Source of the DNA: a virus
Taxonomy: Duplodnaviria > Caudoviricetes
Strand: one strand, 5' to 3'
IMG/VR virus record: IMGVR_UViG_3300030606_000011
Span: 1 to 48,456 of that record
Length of the DNA: 48,456 nt
Of this stretch, positions 28,856 through 37,772 are shown piece by piece (position 1 is the stretch's first letter; each line of letters begins with the position of its first letter). Under the pieces are notes generated by a model. That model saw nothing but the letters and a program-made list of their open reading frames with translations, was not told the DNA's origin and ran no database searches. Both the position numbers and the translations under genes were made by a program.

Positions 28856-29470
28856 ATGTCGCAGACCAAGTCCGCAGCACACATCGTCACCGGGGAAGTG
28901 CGACTCGCATTCCCGGCACTGTTCGAGCCGCAGCCCCCGATGAAGGGCGACACGAGCGGCAAGCTCGTGTACCAGGCGACCCTGCTCCTCCCCGTGGGGT
29001 ACGATCTCAAGCCGCTCTACGCCGCGATGCAGGCGGCGGCTGCGGGGAATTGGGGCGGCAACGTCCCGAAGATGAGCCCCTCGAAGAACCCGATCAAGGC
29101 GTTCGACGGGGAGTCGAGCATCGCGGGCTTCGAGCCCGGGATGCACATGATCCGCACGAAGTCGAACTTCCAGCCTCCGGTCGTCGACCAGCGGGTCCAG
29201 CCGATCCTCGACGCCAACCTGATCTACGCGGGCTGCTACGTCAAGGCGGCGATCCACGCCTTCGGCTGGACGCACGCGACGGGCGGAAACGGCATCTCGT
29301 TCGGGCTGGACGCGATCCAGTTCATCCGCAACGGGGAGCGCATCGACGGCCGTCTGAACGTCGGCACGACGTTCGAGCCGGTGGCGTTCGATGAGTCGGA
29401 CGCGCTGCCCACGGGCGGTCCCCCGGACGGCGCGGCGGGTGACGCCGCCGCCGCCGCGATGTTCGGGTAG
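28856..29470 (+). CDS. DUF2815 family ssDNA-binding protein (T7 gp2.5-like)
   Basis: AAGGAGG RBS; VRLAFPALFEP, IYAGCY and GISFGL..IQF.R.GE motifs; acidic tail. Confidence 0.92.
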   Translation: MSQTKSAAHIVTGEVRLAFPALFEPQPPMKGDTSGKLVYQATLLLPVGYDLKPLYAAMQAAAAGNWGGNVPKMSPSKNPIKAFDGESSIAGFEPGMHMIRTKSNFQPPVVDQRVQPILDANLIYAGCYVKAAIHAFGWTHATGGNGISFGLDAIQFIRNGERIDGRLNVGTTFEPVAFDESDALPTGGPPDGAAGDAAAAAMFG

Positions 29471-29575
29471 TCACCGGTCCTTTCACGGCGGCCCGGGGCC
29501 TCGCGCTCCGGGCCGCCAACCGACGACGCAGGAGGACACGGCGGTGACGACGACACCGAAGACGCTGACGACGCC

Positions 29576-30649
29576 GTGAACGCGAGGGGAGGCGTGAGTG
29601 TGGCTGATCCCATCCGGGTGCTCGGAACCTTCTCCGGTATCGGAGGACTCGAAATTGCCGCCGCCCGCGGGCTCGCCCGAGTGGGCCGCGAGCATCGCCT
29701 CGTCGGCTTGGTGGAGGGGGAAGCGTTCGGCTGCTCCCGTCTGGTCGCGGCGATGGAACGCGGTGACCTGGCTGCGTGCCCTGTTTGGTGCGGTGACATA
29801 CGAGACTTCCCCGCTGCCGCCTTCAATCGAGCGGTGGATCTCGTCGTGGGCGGCTTCCCCTGCCAAGACTTGTCCGGCGCCGGGAAGATGGCCGGGCTCG
29901 CCGGCGCACGGTCCGGCCTCTTCTTCGCCCTTGAGCGGCTCGCTCGCGACGTGGGATCGCGCTACATCTTCCTGGAGAATGTCCGAGGCATCTCCACCGG
30001 GGCCTTCTCGAAGGCGGCGCTCGGCATCGTCCTCGGCACGCTGGCCGAAGGCGGGTGGGATGCGGAGTGGCTGCATCTTCGCGCGTCCGACGTTGGCGCT
30101 CCCCACCGACGCGAGCGATGGTTCTGCCTGGCCTACCGCGACGGCGATGGACTGCCGGGGGTCGGGCGCAGCGGCGTACTCGACGGAGAGCGGGAGGCAC
30201 TCGGGCACAACGCTGACGGACGCGGCGAGGGACTGGCCTACCGCCTCGGCGACGGACCACAAGGGCTCGTCGCAGCCGGGGCAGCGGCGCGGGCAACTGA
30301 CGGAGGCGGTGCTGGACTGGCTGACCGCGACGGCGAACTGCGTGACGGGCGCGGGGACGCAGGGGCGCGACGGAGGGGAGAACCTACAGACGGCGGTGGA
30401 TGCATTCCCGCTTGGCCGCCCCGACCCGACGACATCGACGGGTGGCGCCGTGTCCTCGCCGTCCGGCCCGACCTCGCGCCGGCGCTTGAACCCTCGCTTC
30501 GTCGCGTGGCTGATGGGCTTCCCTTGTGGCTGGACCCAGCCATGCGACACCGAGTCGATCAACTCCGCGCCCTCGGAAACGCCGTCGTCCCCGAGCAGGG
30601 CGCCGTCGCCTTCGCCGAGTTGTGGCGCCGGGTCCACGGTGGATGCTGA
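29576..30649 (+). CDS. DNA (cytosine-5)-methyltransferase, catalytic polypeptide
   Basis: Motifs I FSGIGG, IV GGFPCQDLS, VI LENV, VIII HRRERWF and X LRALGNAV; no motif IX in this frame; likely start GTG 29600. Confidence 0.92.
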   Translation: MNARGGVSVADPIRVLGTFSGIGGLEIAAARGLARVGREHRLVGLVEGEAFGCSRLVAAMERGDLAACPVWCGDIRDFPAAAFNRAVDLVVGGFPCQDLSGAGKMAGLAGARSGLFFALERLARDVGSRYIFLENVRGISTGAFSKAALGIVLGTLAEGGWDAEWLHLRASDVGAPHRRERWFCLAYRDGDGLPGVGRSGVLDGEREALGHNADGRGEGLAYRLGDGPQGLVAAGAAARATDGGGAGLADRDGELRDGRGDAGARRRGEPTDGGGCIPAWPPRPDDIDGWRRVLAVRPDLAPALEPSLRRVADGLPLWLDPAMRHRVDQLRALGNAVVPEQGAVAFAELWRRVHGGC

Positions 30650-30719
30650 CGTGAGCGCGTGTCTCGGCTGCGGAGTCACCGGGGCAGAACCGTTGTGTGG
30701 GGTGTGCCTTGCCGTCTGA
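29598..30719 (+). CDS. Overlapping +1-frame partner polypeptide of the C5-MTase (motif IX and TRD-like repeats)
   Basis: 373-aa open frame; three W[PL]TA[TS]A...L..A[AV] repeats and RLNPRFVAWLMGFPCGWT. Confidence 0.8.
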   Translation: MWLIPSGCSEPSPVSEDSKLPPPAGSPEWAASIASSAWWRGKRSAAPVWSRRWNAVTWLRALFGAVTYETSPLPPSIERWISSWAASPAKTCPAPGRWPGSPAHGPASSSPLSGSLATWDRATSSWRMSEASPPGPSRRRRSASSSARWPKAGGMRSGCIFARPTLALPTDASDGSAWPTATAMDCRGSGAAAYSTESGRHSGTTLTDAARDWPTASATDHKGSSQPGQRRGQLTEAVLDWLTATANCVTGAGTQGRDGGENLQTAVDAFPLGRPDPTTSTGGAVSSPSGPTSRRRLNPRFVAWLMGFPCGWTQPCDTESINSAPSETPSSPSRAPSPSPSCGAGSTVDADVSACLGCGVTGAEPLCGVCLAV

Positions 30720-33558
30720 CTCGCGGATCGTGGTCGTGGACATCGAGACGGCGTCGGCTGCCGACATCGGGATCGGGGCGTGGGCGTACTCTGAGCACCC
30801 CTCGACGATCGTACATTGCGTGGTCTTCGCCGTCTGCCGCGGCCCCGGTGCCGACGAGCAGGAGTTCTACGAATGGGTGCCAGGGGCACCGCTCCCACAA
30901 CCCGTCGTCGATGCCATCACCGCGGGCTGCCCTGTCGTCGCGCACAACTGCCTGTTCGAGTGGTCGATCTGGACGAACATCCTGATCCCGCAGTACGCCT
31001 TCCCCTCGATCGACGACACACAGTGGCTCGACACCCAGGCGCGCGGCGTCGCGCTCAACCTGCCCCCGACCTTGGAGGGCCTGGGCGCGGTGCTCGGGCT
31101 ACCCATTCAGAAGGACACCGAAGGCTCGAAGATCATGCGCGCGATGGCGAAGGCCACGCCGAAGGCCGACGGGTCGGGCTGGACGTACGACCGCGACGCG
31201 GGGCGCTTGCTGCGCCTGATCGCCTACTGCCGCGACGACGTGGCGGCCACCGCGGGCGCCTTCTACCGTCTGCCGCCTCTGCACCCCTTCGAGGCGGCAA
31301 CATGGCGCGCGGACCAGGCGATCAACCGCCGCGGCGTGTACCTGGACGGCGAGTTCGCCGACCGCTGCCTGAGCGTCGTCGCCTTGCGCGGGGCGCAGTT
31401 GCAAGGGGAGATGGCTGAGGCCACCGACGGTGCCGTCGCGACCACGACGGCGGTCGCGGCTCTCAAAACGTGGGTGGAAGGGCGCGGTGTCGCCTTGCCT
31501 GTGGTCACGCGGCGCTCGGTCACGGGCAAGGCGACGACGTCGAGCACGCTCGACGTCGCGGCGATCGGCGGACTCCTCGCCGATCCCGCGACGCCCGAGG
31601 ACGTACGCCGCACGCTCGACGTGCGGGCGGAAAGCGGCAAGTTGACGAGCCTCGCCAAGCTCAAGCGTGTGGACCCGATGGCCGGGCGCGACGGGCGTCT
31701 GCGCGGTGCCTTTCGGTACTGCGGCGCGCTCACCGGGCGTTGGGCGTCCTCGGGGCTCCAACTGCACAACCTGCCCAAGCCCGGCATGACGGCCGGCACC
31801 GCGGCCGAACTGGTGGCCGCGATCTACGACGCTGCGGAGACCGGCGATCTGACGATGCTGGAACTGTGCTTCGGGTCGCCGCTCTCCGCGGTGTCACGTT
31901 CCCTGCGCTCGGTGCTCGTCGCCGGGCCACGGAAGGATCTGCTCGCGTGCGACTACTCGGCGATCGAGGCGCGCGGCGTCGCGTGGCTCGCCGGGCAGGA
32001 CGACATCCTCGACATCTTCCGCTCGGGCCAGGACGTCTACGTCTACGCCGCATCACGTGTGGGATCGAAGAGTCGGCAACTTGGCAAGATCCTGACGCTC
32101 GCGCTCGGCTACGGGATGGGCGCGGTGAAGTTCCAAAGCACGGCCGCCGCCGGCGGCACGACGCTCACGTTGAAAGAGGCCGACACGCTCAAACGTCAGT
32201 GGCGTGAGAACAACGCGGCGATCGTCGGCTTCTGGTACGCGCTCGAAGACGCCTTCCGCACGTCGATCCACGAGCCCGGCGTCGTGCAGACCGTCGGGCG
32301 ACTGTCGATCGTCACCGTGCCCGGCCGCGCCTACCTGCGGATCATCTTGCCGAGTGGCCGGTCGATCTACTACTTCCGGCCACACACCAAACGCACGAAG
32401 AAGACCGTGCGCATCGTGAACGACACGGGCGAGATCGAGGAGCGCGAATTCGAGAGTGAGGAATTGCGCTTCTACACGGTCAGTCGCGACAAGCGCTCAA
32501 TGGAGCGTGAAGCGACGTACGGGGGGAAACTCTGCGTCGCAGGCGATGCAGATGTGCTCACGGGTCGGGGGTGGGTCAGGCTCGCGGACGTCCGCGACGA
32601 CGATCTCGTCCATGACGGTGTTGACTTCGTGGGGCATGGGGGTAAGGTGTTCAAGTCAACACAGGCGTGCGTCTGCGTCGACGGTGTTTGGATGACCCCT
32701 GACCACGAGGTGCTCACAGATGAAGGATGGCGCCCTGCACTGGAAAACCCCCGCCCGTACCGGCCAACGCTTCGGGATGTTGACCTTCACGGCGCCCGCG
32801 CACTCCGACGGAGCAAGTCGGTTCTGGCACGCGCAATGCGACTGCGGGCGACTGTGCGTGAAGAACCCGGCAGACGTCGTCAAGGACACACGTCGAGGCG
32901 GAACCCCCAACTGCGGATGCTCGACGAAGCGGCTCATCGGCGACGGAAACCGCAGACACGGCATGGTGAAGTATCCCGCGTATTGGGTTTGGCGGTCGAT
33001 GCGCGATCGGTGCCGACTGCCGACTCACCAGGCTTGGCACAACTACGGCGCGAGGGGAATTCGTGTGTGCCCGAGATGGAACGAGCGCTTCGAGAATTTT
33101 TGGGAAGATATGGGACCGACGTACGAAGCGGGCCTCACGTTGGATCGTGTGGACAACAACGGCAACTACGAGCCCGACAATTGTCGGTGGGCAACGCGCA
33201 AGCAACAAGCGCAGAACAAGCGGCCCAGGAGCGAGTGGTCACGCAAGTCTACGACTTGATCGACTGCGGCCCGCGACGACGTTTCGTCGTGCGCGGTAAC
33301 GGGGGGCCGTTCATCGTCCACAACTGCGAGAACGTCACGCAAGCAGTTGCTCGGGATTTGCTCGCCGCCGCCTTGCAACGTCTGCACGGCACGCCGTACG
33401 AAGTCGTCGTCCACGTTCACGACTCGGTCGCGGCCGAAGTGCCCGAGGGCACGGGCGATCTCGCCGAGTTCGAGGCGCTCACCGCGGCGACGCCCTCCTG
33501 GGGCGACGGACTGCCGATCGACGTCGATGGCTACCGCGGCAAGCGCTTCCGGGGCTAG
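30697..33558 (+). CDS. polA: Family A DNA polymerase (3'-5' exonuclease + polymerase) containing an intein
   Basis: Exo DIET, AHN..FE and YC..DV; TGRWAS...QLHNL, motif A DYSAIEAR, motif B RQLGK...LALGYGMG, motif C HVHD. Confidence 0.96.
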   Translation: MGCALPSDSRIVVVDIETASAADIGIGAWAYSEHPSTIVHCVVFAVCRGPGADEQEFYEWVPGAPLPQPVVDAITAGCPVVAHNCLFEWSIWTNILIPQYAFPSIDDTQWLDTQARGVALNLPPTLEGLGAVLGLPIQKDTEGSKIMRAMAKATPKADGSGWTYDRDAGRLLRLIAYCRDDVAATAGAFYRLPPLHPFEAATWRADQAINRRGVYLDGEFADRCLSVVALRGAQLQGEMAEATDGAVATTTAVAALKTWVEGRGVALPVVTRRSVTGKATTSSTLDVAAIGGLLADPATPEDVRRTLDVRAESGKLTSLAKLKRVDPMAGRDGRLRGAFRYCGALTGRWASSGLQLHNLPKPGMTAGTAAELVAAIYDAAETGDLTMLELCFGSPLSAVSRSLRSVLVAGPRKDLLACDYSAIEARGVAWLAGQDDILDIFRSGQDVYVYAASRVGSKSRQLGKILTLALGYGMGAVKFQSTAAAGGTTLTLKEADTLKRQWRENNAAIVGFWYALEDAFRTSIHEPGVVQTVGRLSIVTVPGRAYLRIILPSGRSIYYFRPHTKRTKKTVRIVNDTGEIEEREFESEELRFYTVSRDKRSMEREATYGGKLCVAGDADVLTGRGWVRLADVRDDDLVHDGVDFVGHGGKVFKSTQACVCVDGVWMTPDHEVLTDEGWRPALENPRPYRPTLRDVDLHGARALRRSKSVLARAMRLRATVREEPGRRRQGHTSRRNPQLRMLDEAAHRRRKPQTRHGEVSRVLGLAVDARSVPTADSPGLAQLRREGNSCVPEMERALREFLGRYGTDVRSGPHVGSCGQQRQLRARQLSVGNAQATSAEQAAQERVVTQVYDLIDCGPRRRFVVRGNGGPFIVHNCENVTQAVARDLLAAALQRLHGTPYEVVVHVHDSVAAEVPEGTGDLAEFEALTAATPSWGDGLPIDVDGYRGKRFRG
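32533..33324 (+). mobile_element. Intein (264 aa) inserted at YGGKL/CENVTQA of the polymerase
   Basis: Block [15 protein letters not shown], block [10 protein letters not shown], block F VYDL, block G FIVHN, with +1 Cys. Confidence 0.93.
32720..33259 (+). CDS. HNH homing endonuclease nested in the +1 frame of the intein
   Basis: SD GAGGTG (32707-12) and ATG 32720; [41 protein letters not shown] and [24 protein letters not shown] motifs. Confidence 0.92.
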   Translation: MKDGALHWKTPARTGQRFGMLTFTAPAHSDGASRFWHAQCDCGRLCVKNPADVVKDTRRGGTPNCGCSTKRLIGDGNRRHGMVKYPAYWVWRSMRDRCRLPTHQAWHNYGARGIRVCPRWNERFENFWEDMGPTYEAGLTLDRVDNNGNYEPDNCRWATRKQQAQNKRPRSEWSRKSTT

Positions 33559-33598
33559 ACCGGGTTATGCGACGCTCGACATTCGGAGCGTCACCACG

Positions 33599-34048
33599 CT
33601 ACGTACTCGCGCAGTGCGGACGCGCGGCACGCTGAAGGCGGCGTCGCAGGGCGCGGACGTGGTCCATCTGCTCGACGGCGTCGAACAGGGAGATGCCGCG
33701 GATCTCAGGCTCGTCACGCCACACTGTGGACCTACCCATCTTGGCGGCACCAAGCAGTTCGGCCGCCGCGCGCAGGGCTTCGACGCGCAGCTCGTGGCGC
33801 ACGCGGTCGAAGGCGGACTCTGCGCGCGTAGCGGACATGGGGTCGCCACGCTTGGCCGCGCGGCGCATCCGCTGCGAAATGCGCTCGTACAGCCGTCCGC
33901 AGCGACGACACATGCGCATCTTGATGTACTTCAAGACCTTCGCCCCTAGGGCGCCGCACGCGCCGCACGCGTCGTCCTCGGCGGCCCGGAGCGCCACCGT
34001 CGCCGACGGTGACGTGGGGTCGCAGAACGCGGCAAATGCGGCGGTCAC
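33599..34048 (-). CDS. Hypothetical protein with CxxC...CxxC
   Basis: GTG coupled to the upstream stop (GTGA). Confidence 0.6.
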   Translation of the reverse strand: MTAAFAAFCDPTSPSATVALRAAEDDACGACGALGAKVLKYIKMRMCRRCGRLYERISQRMRRAAKRGDPMSATRAESAFDRVRHELRVEALRAAAELLGAAKMGRSTVWRDEPEIRGISLFDAVEQMDHVRALRRRLQRAARPHCAST

Positions 34049-34515
34049 AGCCACTTCCGCGGCGCGGCCGGGTAGGCGATGTCGGACTCGGCGGCGAGGA
34101 CGCGTGCGATGGCGTCGAGCGGCGACGTCGCGCGTTCGAGATCGGGCTGCCCGTGGACCACACCCTCGTTGCCGAAGCGTGTGTGGGCGAAAGCCTCGAC
34201 GAACTCCTCGGCCGGCACGCCGTACTGGAGGCCGAGCGACACCGCGTGGGCGAGCGCGGAGCATACGCCGCGCATGACCGCGCCGGGTTTCGCCGCGTCG
34301 ATGAAGACCTCACCGAGTCTTCCGTCCGGGTAGTACGCGACGTCGACGTAGGCGGCGAACCCGTCCATCGCGACCTCGCGACCGACCTTCTCCCGACGGT
34401 CCGGGAGGCGCTCGCGCTCGCCCCGGAGCAGGACGGGCGGCACAGTGGATGGTGATGGGGAGTCAGGCGCCTCGAGGGGCGCGGACGATCGCAGGATCGA
34501 GAGGGCGGGCGTCAC
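34045..34515 (-). CDS. Stand-alone TSCPD-domain protein (as at the C-terminus of class II ribonucleotide reductases)
   Basis: RERLPDRR, Y.DGRLGEVFI...K.G, AVSLGLQYGVP.EEFV..F..TRF and S.LD.I.R.L motifs; start uncertain. Confidence 0.85.
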   Translation of the reverse strand: MTPALSILRSSAPLEAPDSPSPSTVPPVLLRGERERLPDRREKVGREVAMDGFAAYVDVAYYPDGRLGEVFIDAAKPGAVMRGVCSALAHAVSLGLQYGVPAEEFVEAFAHTRFGNEGVVHGQPDLERATSPLDAIARVLAAESDIAYPAAPRKWL

Positions 34516-34771
34516 AGCGGGGATACCTCCCAGGGTGTATGGGGTCGACGAGTAGGACAGGAGTGCGCAGAGCGCCGTTCACGACGGCCTCGCGGGTCCA
34601 GACGACTCGCCCGGCGAACGCCGTGCGGGTCATCCGGCAGATCGCGCAGCGCTTCGAGCGCTCGCCCGGTCGGCCGGGCAGCGCGAGCCAGCGGTGGCCG
34701 TTGCCCTTGCCGCGGTGGATGCGTGCGGGCTGCTCGGCGGGCTGCTCGGCGGGCGAAGAAGTCGTCGTCAC
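34463..34771 (-). CDS. Hypothetical protein
   Basis: GAGGAG RBS before GTG 34771; first gene after a promoter. Confidence 0.55.
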   Translation of the reverse strand: MTTTSSPAEQPAEQPARIHRGKGNGHRWLALPGRPGERSKRCAICRMTRTAFAGRVVWTREAVVNGALRTPVLLVDPIHPGRYPRCDARPLDPAIVRAPRGA

Positions 34772-34800
34772 GGGACTCCTCTCGTGGTGGGCGAAGAGGC

Positions 34801-34890
34801 ATCGTAGCCCCTCTCCGTAGATGGGGTCAACACCTACCACGACGTTTTTACGCGAATTTTTGTGGTGCGGTTTTACGCGCCGAATAGTCT
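34801..34890. promoter_or_regulatory. Divergent promoter region
   Basis: Minus strand TTGACC-18-TACGAT (34830-34801); plus strand -10-like TAGTCT (34885-90) 7 nt before ATG 34898; AT-rich gap. Confidence 0.55.
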
Positions 34891-34897
34891 AGTCCGC

Positions 34898-35155
34898 ATG
34901 GCACTCACACCGTCGCAGGGACAGGCCGCCGCGGACTTCGCGTGGAATGCCGAGGCGTTGCGCTCGCTCATGGAGGAGCGTGGGATCACGGTCACGCAAC
35001 TTGCCGCCACCATGGGTACGACCGAGAGCACGGTGCGCGCTTGGCTGCGCGGCACCGGGCCGCGGTTCGTGACCGTGGCGCGGCTCATGGGCGTCTTCTC
35101 CGTGCCCATGGAGACATTCATCCTGCGGCCGAAATCGAAGGCGCGTGCGCGATGA
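34898..35155 (+). CDS. XRE/Cro-like HTH transcriptional regulator
   Basis: LRSLMEERGITVTQLAATMGTTESTVRAWLRG..P......L...F.V. Confidence 0.88.
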   Translation: MALTPSQGQAAADFAWNAEALRSLMEERGITVTQLAATMGTTESTVRAWLRGTGPRFVTVARLMGVFSVPMETFILRPKSKARAR

Positions 35156-35241
35156 AAGACGTCGTCCTCGCGGCGATGGACGAGCGCCAGGAGCGCTTGG
35201 AGCGCGCCAAGGCGCGCCTACAGGAAGCAGGCGCGAAGTGA
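35152..35241 (+). CDS. 29-aa coiled-coil peptide
   Basis: ATGA and GTGA coupling at both ends. Confidence 0.5.
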   Translation: MKDVVLAAMDERQERLERAKARLQEAGAK

Positions 35242-35690
35242 ACTTCCTCGGCATCGACCCAGGGAAGGGCGGTGGGTTCGTCCTGCTCGACGCGGCGAGC
35301 GCGGTGCTCGACGCGTGCCCGATGCCGGGGACGCCTGCGGACATCCTGGATGTCCTGCGCGAGTGGCAGATGTACGACGCGTGCCATGCCACGCTCGAGC
35401 ACGTGCGCTCGACGCCTGCGATGGGCGTAGTGTCTGCGTTCACCTTCGGACGATGTCTCGGGCACCTGGAGGCCGCGCTGATCGCCGTGGAGATCCCACA
35501 CGACGTGGTCGCCCCGCTCAAGTGGCAGACCGCGCTCGGCTGCCGCTCGGGAGGCAACAAGAACGTCACCAAGCGCCGCGCGCAGGAGTTGTGGCCGACG
35601 CGTAAATGGACGCACACGCTCGCCGACGCGGCGCTGATCGCCGAGTACGGCCGGCGCACCGGAACCGTCATCCAGAGGAGAGCGACATGA
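35238..35690 (+). CDS. RuvC-like Holliday junction resolvase
   Basis: GIDPG..GG, LE.V, SAF.FG, P.KWQ and ADAALIA.YG motifs. Confidence 0.88.
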   Translation: MNFLGIDPGKGGGFVLLDAASAVLDACPMPGTPADILDVLREWQMYDACHATLEHVRSTPAMGVVSAFTFGRCLGHLEAALIAVEIPHDVVAPLKWQTALGCRSGGNKNVTKRRAQELWPTRKWTHTLADAALIAEYGRRTGTVIQRRAT

Positions 35691-36316
35691 CGACGACGTG
35701 TGACACCGCCAAGCTGCGCGAGCTGTTCGACCGCGGGCTCGGCTCGGGACTCGGGACGGCTGACGGCCAGGTCTGCATCGAGGGCGCGATCGCCCTCGCC
35801 TGCGGGCTGCCGCTGTCGGACTGCCCGCCGTGCGTGGCGGGGCCGGATCGTGACTACGCCATCGAGATCAACGACGCGCGATGGTCGTCACCGCGGGTGC
35901 GTGCCGATGCCCTGTGGCCGCTGGCTCTCGCCCAGATCGGCACCGCAGGCACCGATCGCGGTCCGTGGGTGCGCAAGCTCGAGGATCTGATGATCCGGCG
36001 CGTGGTGCCGTGGTGGCTGCGCCGGGCGGCAGACCGCATCCCTGCGCACGCGGAGTCGCTGCGGGCGGCTGCCGATGAGTGCGAGCGCGAGGGGACGTGG
36101 GAGTCGGCTCGGAGGGCGCACGCCGCCGCCGCCGCTGCCTCCTACGCCACCGACGCCGCCTACGCCGCCTACGCCACCGCCGCCTCCGCCGCCGGCGGCA
36201 GCGCCGCCGGCGCCGCCGCCGCCTCCTACGCCGCCGCCGGCGCCGGCGACGAGATCCTCCGTATCAGCGTCGGATGCGCCCTCGATGCCTACCGCGCCGA
36301 GGGGAGGATCGAGTGA
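35687..36316 (+). CDS. Hypothetical protein with Ala-rich low-complexity tract
   Basis: GAGGAG RBS; CIEGAI...SD.P.CV...IND motif, then AAYAA repeats. Confidence 0.75.
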   Translation: MTTTCDTAKLRELFDRGLGSGLGTADGQVCIEGAIALACGLPLSDCPPCVAGPDRDYAIEINDARWSSPRVRADALWPLALAQIGTAGTDRGPWVRKLEDLMIRRVVPWWLRRAADRIPAHAESLRAAADECEREGTWESARRAHAAAAAASYATDAAYAAYATAASAAGGSAAGAAAASYAAAGAGDEILRISVGCALDAYRAEGRIE

Positions 36317-36331
36317 GCGACGGAGGGGACG

Positions 36332-36787
36332 ATGTGTAGCCGATGCAAGGCCATTCGCGACGCCGGGTTCGACGGGGTCTGCCGTGAGTGTCACGATCGC
36401 TTCATGGACGACGCGGAAGCCGCCGCTCTGCGGGAGGATCGAGTGAGTGCCGACGACCTGATCCGGCGCAGTGACGTGTTGCGCGAACTCTACGTCGATT
36501 GGGTGCCGCCGAAGTACCCACAAGATTGGGCGAACAACGGGGTTATCGAACGCGCGTCGGAGCGCGTGAAGGCCCTCCCACCGGGGCCGCTTCCCGAGAT
36601 CGCGCGGGCGGCGGTGGACGCTCTCTCTGCGTTGCTCGACCACGACAACTTCTACGAGTCCGACTACGCCTGCGAGACGGAGTGGCTGAGCGAGAACGGG
36701 GACGACGAGATGTGCCCGGCGTGTGCGTTCCGTGGCGCTGTTGGCCGGTTTCGCGCCGCGCGGGAGAAGGATGCTGGACGTGAGTAG
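36332..36787 (+). CDS. Hypothetical Cys-rich protein (possible second start GTG 36443)
   Basis: GGAGG RBS before both starts; CxxC motifs. Confidence 0.6.
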   Translation: MCSRCKAIRDAGFDGVCRECHDRFMDDAEAAALREDRVSADDLIRRSDVLRELYVDWVPPKYPQDWANNGVIERASERVKALPPGPLPEIARAAVDALSALLDHDNFYESDYACETEWLSENGDDEMCPACAFRGAVGRFRAAREKDAGRE

Positions 36788-37079
36788 TTCCTTCGGCCAC
36801 CGATCGTTTGTCGCGCGACGCCCGCGCACACGTAAGCACCGCAGTTGCTCGCTCTGCGGGTACGCCATCGAACCCGGCGATCGCGTCGATGCGTGGATGT
36901 GGAAGGACGGCGCGGACGTGTCATTCGTCGAGGTCCACGAGCCGTGCGAGGTACTCCGCTTAGACATGGACATCGGCGAGTGGACCGAGGGCACGCTGTC
37001 GGAGTACGAGGACGACAACCTGCGCGTGCTCGCGGGACTCGCGCGGATGCGAGATCGGAAGGAGGCTGGACGTGAGTGA
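36780..37079 (+). CDS. Hypothetical Zn-binding protein
   Basis: RTRK...C.LC...I.PG...H..C motif; start overlaps the upstream gene. Confidence 0.65.
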   Translation: MSSSFGHRSFVARRPRTRKHRSCSLCGYAIEPGDRVDAWMWKDGADVSFVEVHEPCEVLRLDMDIGEWTEGTLSEYEDDNLRVLAGLARMRDRKEAGRE

Positions 37080-37380
37080 CCCCAAGCGGTGCGTGCGGTG
37101 TGGATGGCCGCTTCGGGACGATCCCGAGAAGGGCTGCGTGGAGGGCAACTGCTCGTACCGCCCGGAGGACGGATCGCCCGAATACGCGCACCTCAAGACG
37201 TTCGTTAAATGCGCTGGCTGCGAGGACTCCTATTCCACGGGGTGCGAGGCGTGTCCCGGGTATCCCAACGACCCGCCCGGAACCACAGGCGTCGAGTACG
37301 TGATGGGGGGACCCCGGGACGTCGAGATCGCCCAGATCCGAGAGCGCGGCGATCCCCTCGGAGACCCCTCTGCACGATGA
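37072..37380 (+). CDS. Hypothetical Cys-rich protein
   Basis: GGAGG RBS; several CxxC motifs. Confidence 0.55.
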   Translation: MSDPKRCVRCGWPLRDDPEKGCVEGNCSYRPEDGSPEYAHLKTFVKCAGCEDSYSTGCEACPGYPNDPPGTTGVEYVMGGPRDVEIAQIRERGDPLGDPSAR

Positions 37381-37508
37381 AAAGATGAACCAGCCGCTCC
37401 CGGTGGCGCCCTTCCCGCGCCCGCAAGCCTGAGCCCGCCCCTCCCTTCCTTCAATTCCCCGGGCAAGGGGCCGGGACGGCTGGACCAACACGAGACGGAG
37501 GCGAGACG

Positions 37509-37772
37509 ATGACGAACGACGAGTTCCAAGACGCGATGCGCGCCGCTGCCCTGCTCGCGCATGTCGTGGACGACGAGCACGACTACACGGCCGCGCTCCG
37601 GGCGCTGGAGCACGCCGAGGACGTCGGCTACTTCACGGACCCGACGACGTGGATGATGCAGTCCGCCGACCGCAAGGCGGGGCGTGAACTCCTACGCGCG
37701 TTGATCACGTTCAAGAGAGAGGCGAAGGTATTCCTCGCGGCTGCGGGGGCGAAGTCAGGCGGTGCCGGATGA
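37509..37772 (+). CDS. Hypothetical protein
   Basis: GGAGG RBS, 87 aa. Confidence 0.7.
   Translation: MTNDEFQDAMRAAALLAHVVDDEHDYTAALRALEHAEDVGYFTDPTTWMMQSADRKAGRELLRALITFKREAKVFLAAAGAKSGGAG

Noticed and set aside
29544-29579. 11-codon Thr-rich ORF with AGGAGG upstream of the methyltransferase as a leader peptide
   Set aside because: Too short to support, and no attenuator structure was identified
32714-33208. Minus-strand 164-aa ORF inside the intein as a third coding frame
   Set aside because: No recognisable motif or RBS; likely the antisense shadow of the HNH gene
32533-33324. Group I/II intron interrupting the polymerase
   Set aside because: The polymerase frame stays open throughout and has canonical intein termini (C...HN/C), so protein splicing explains it
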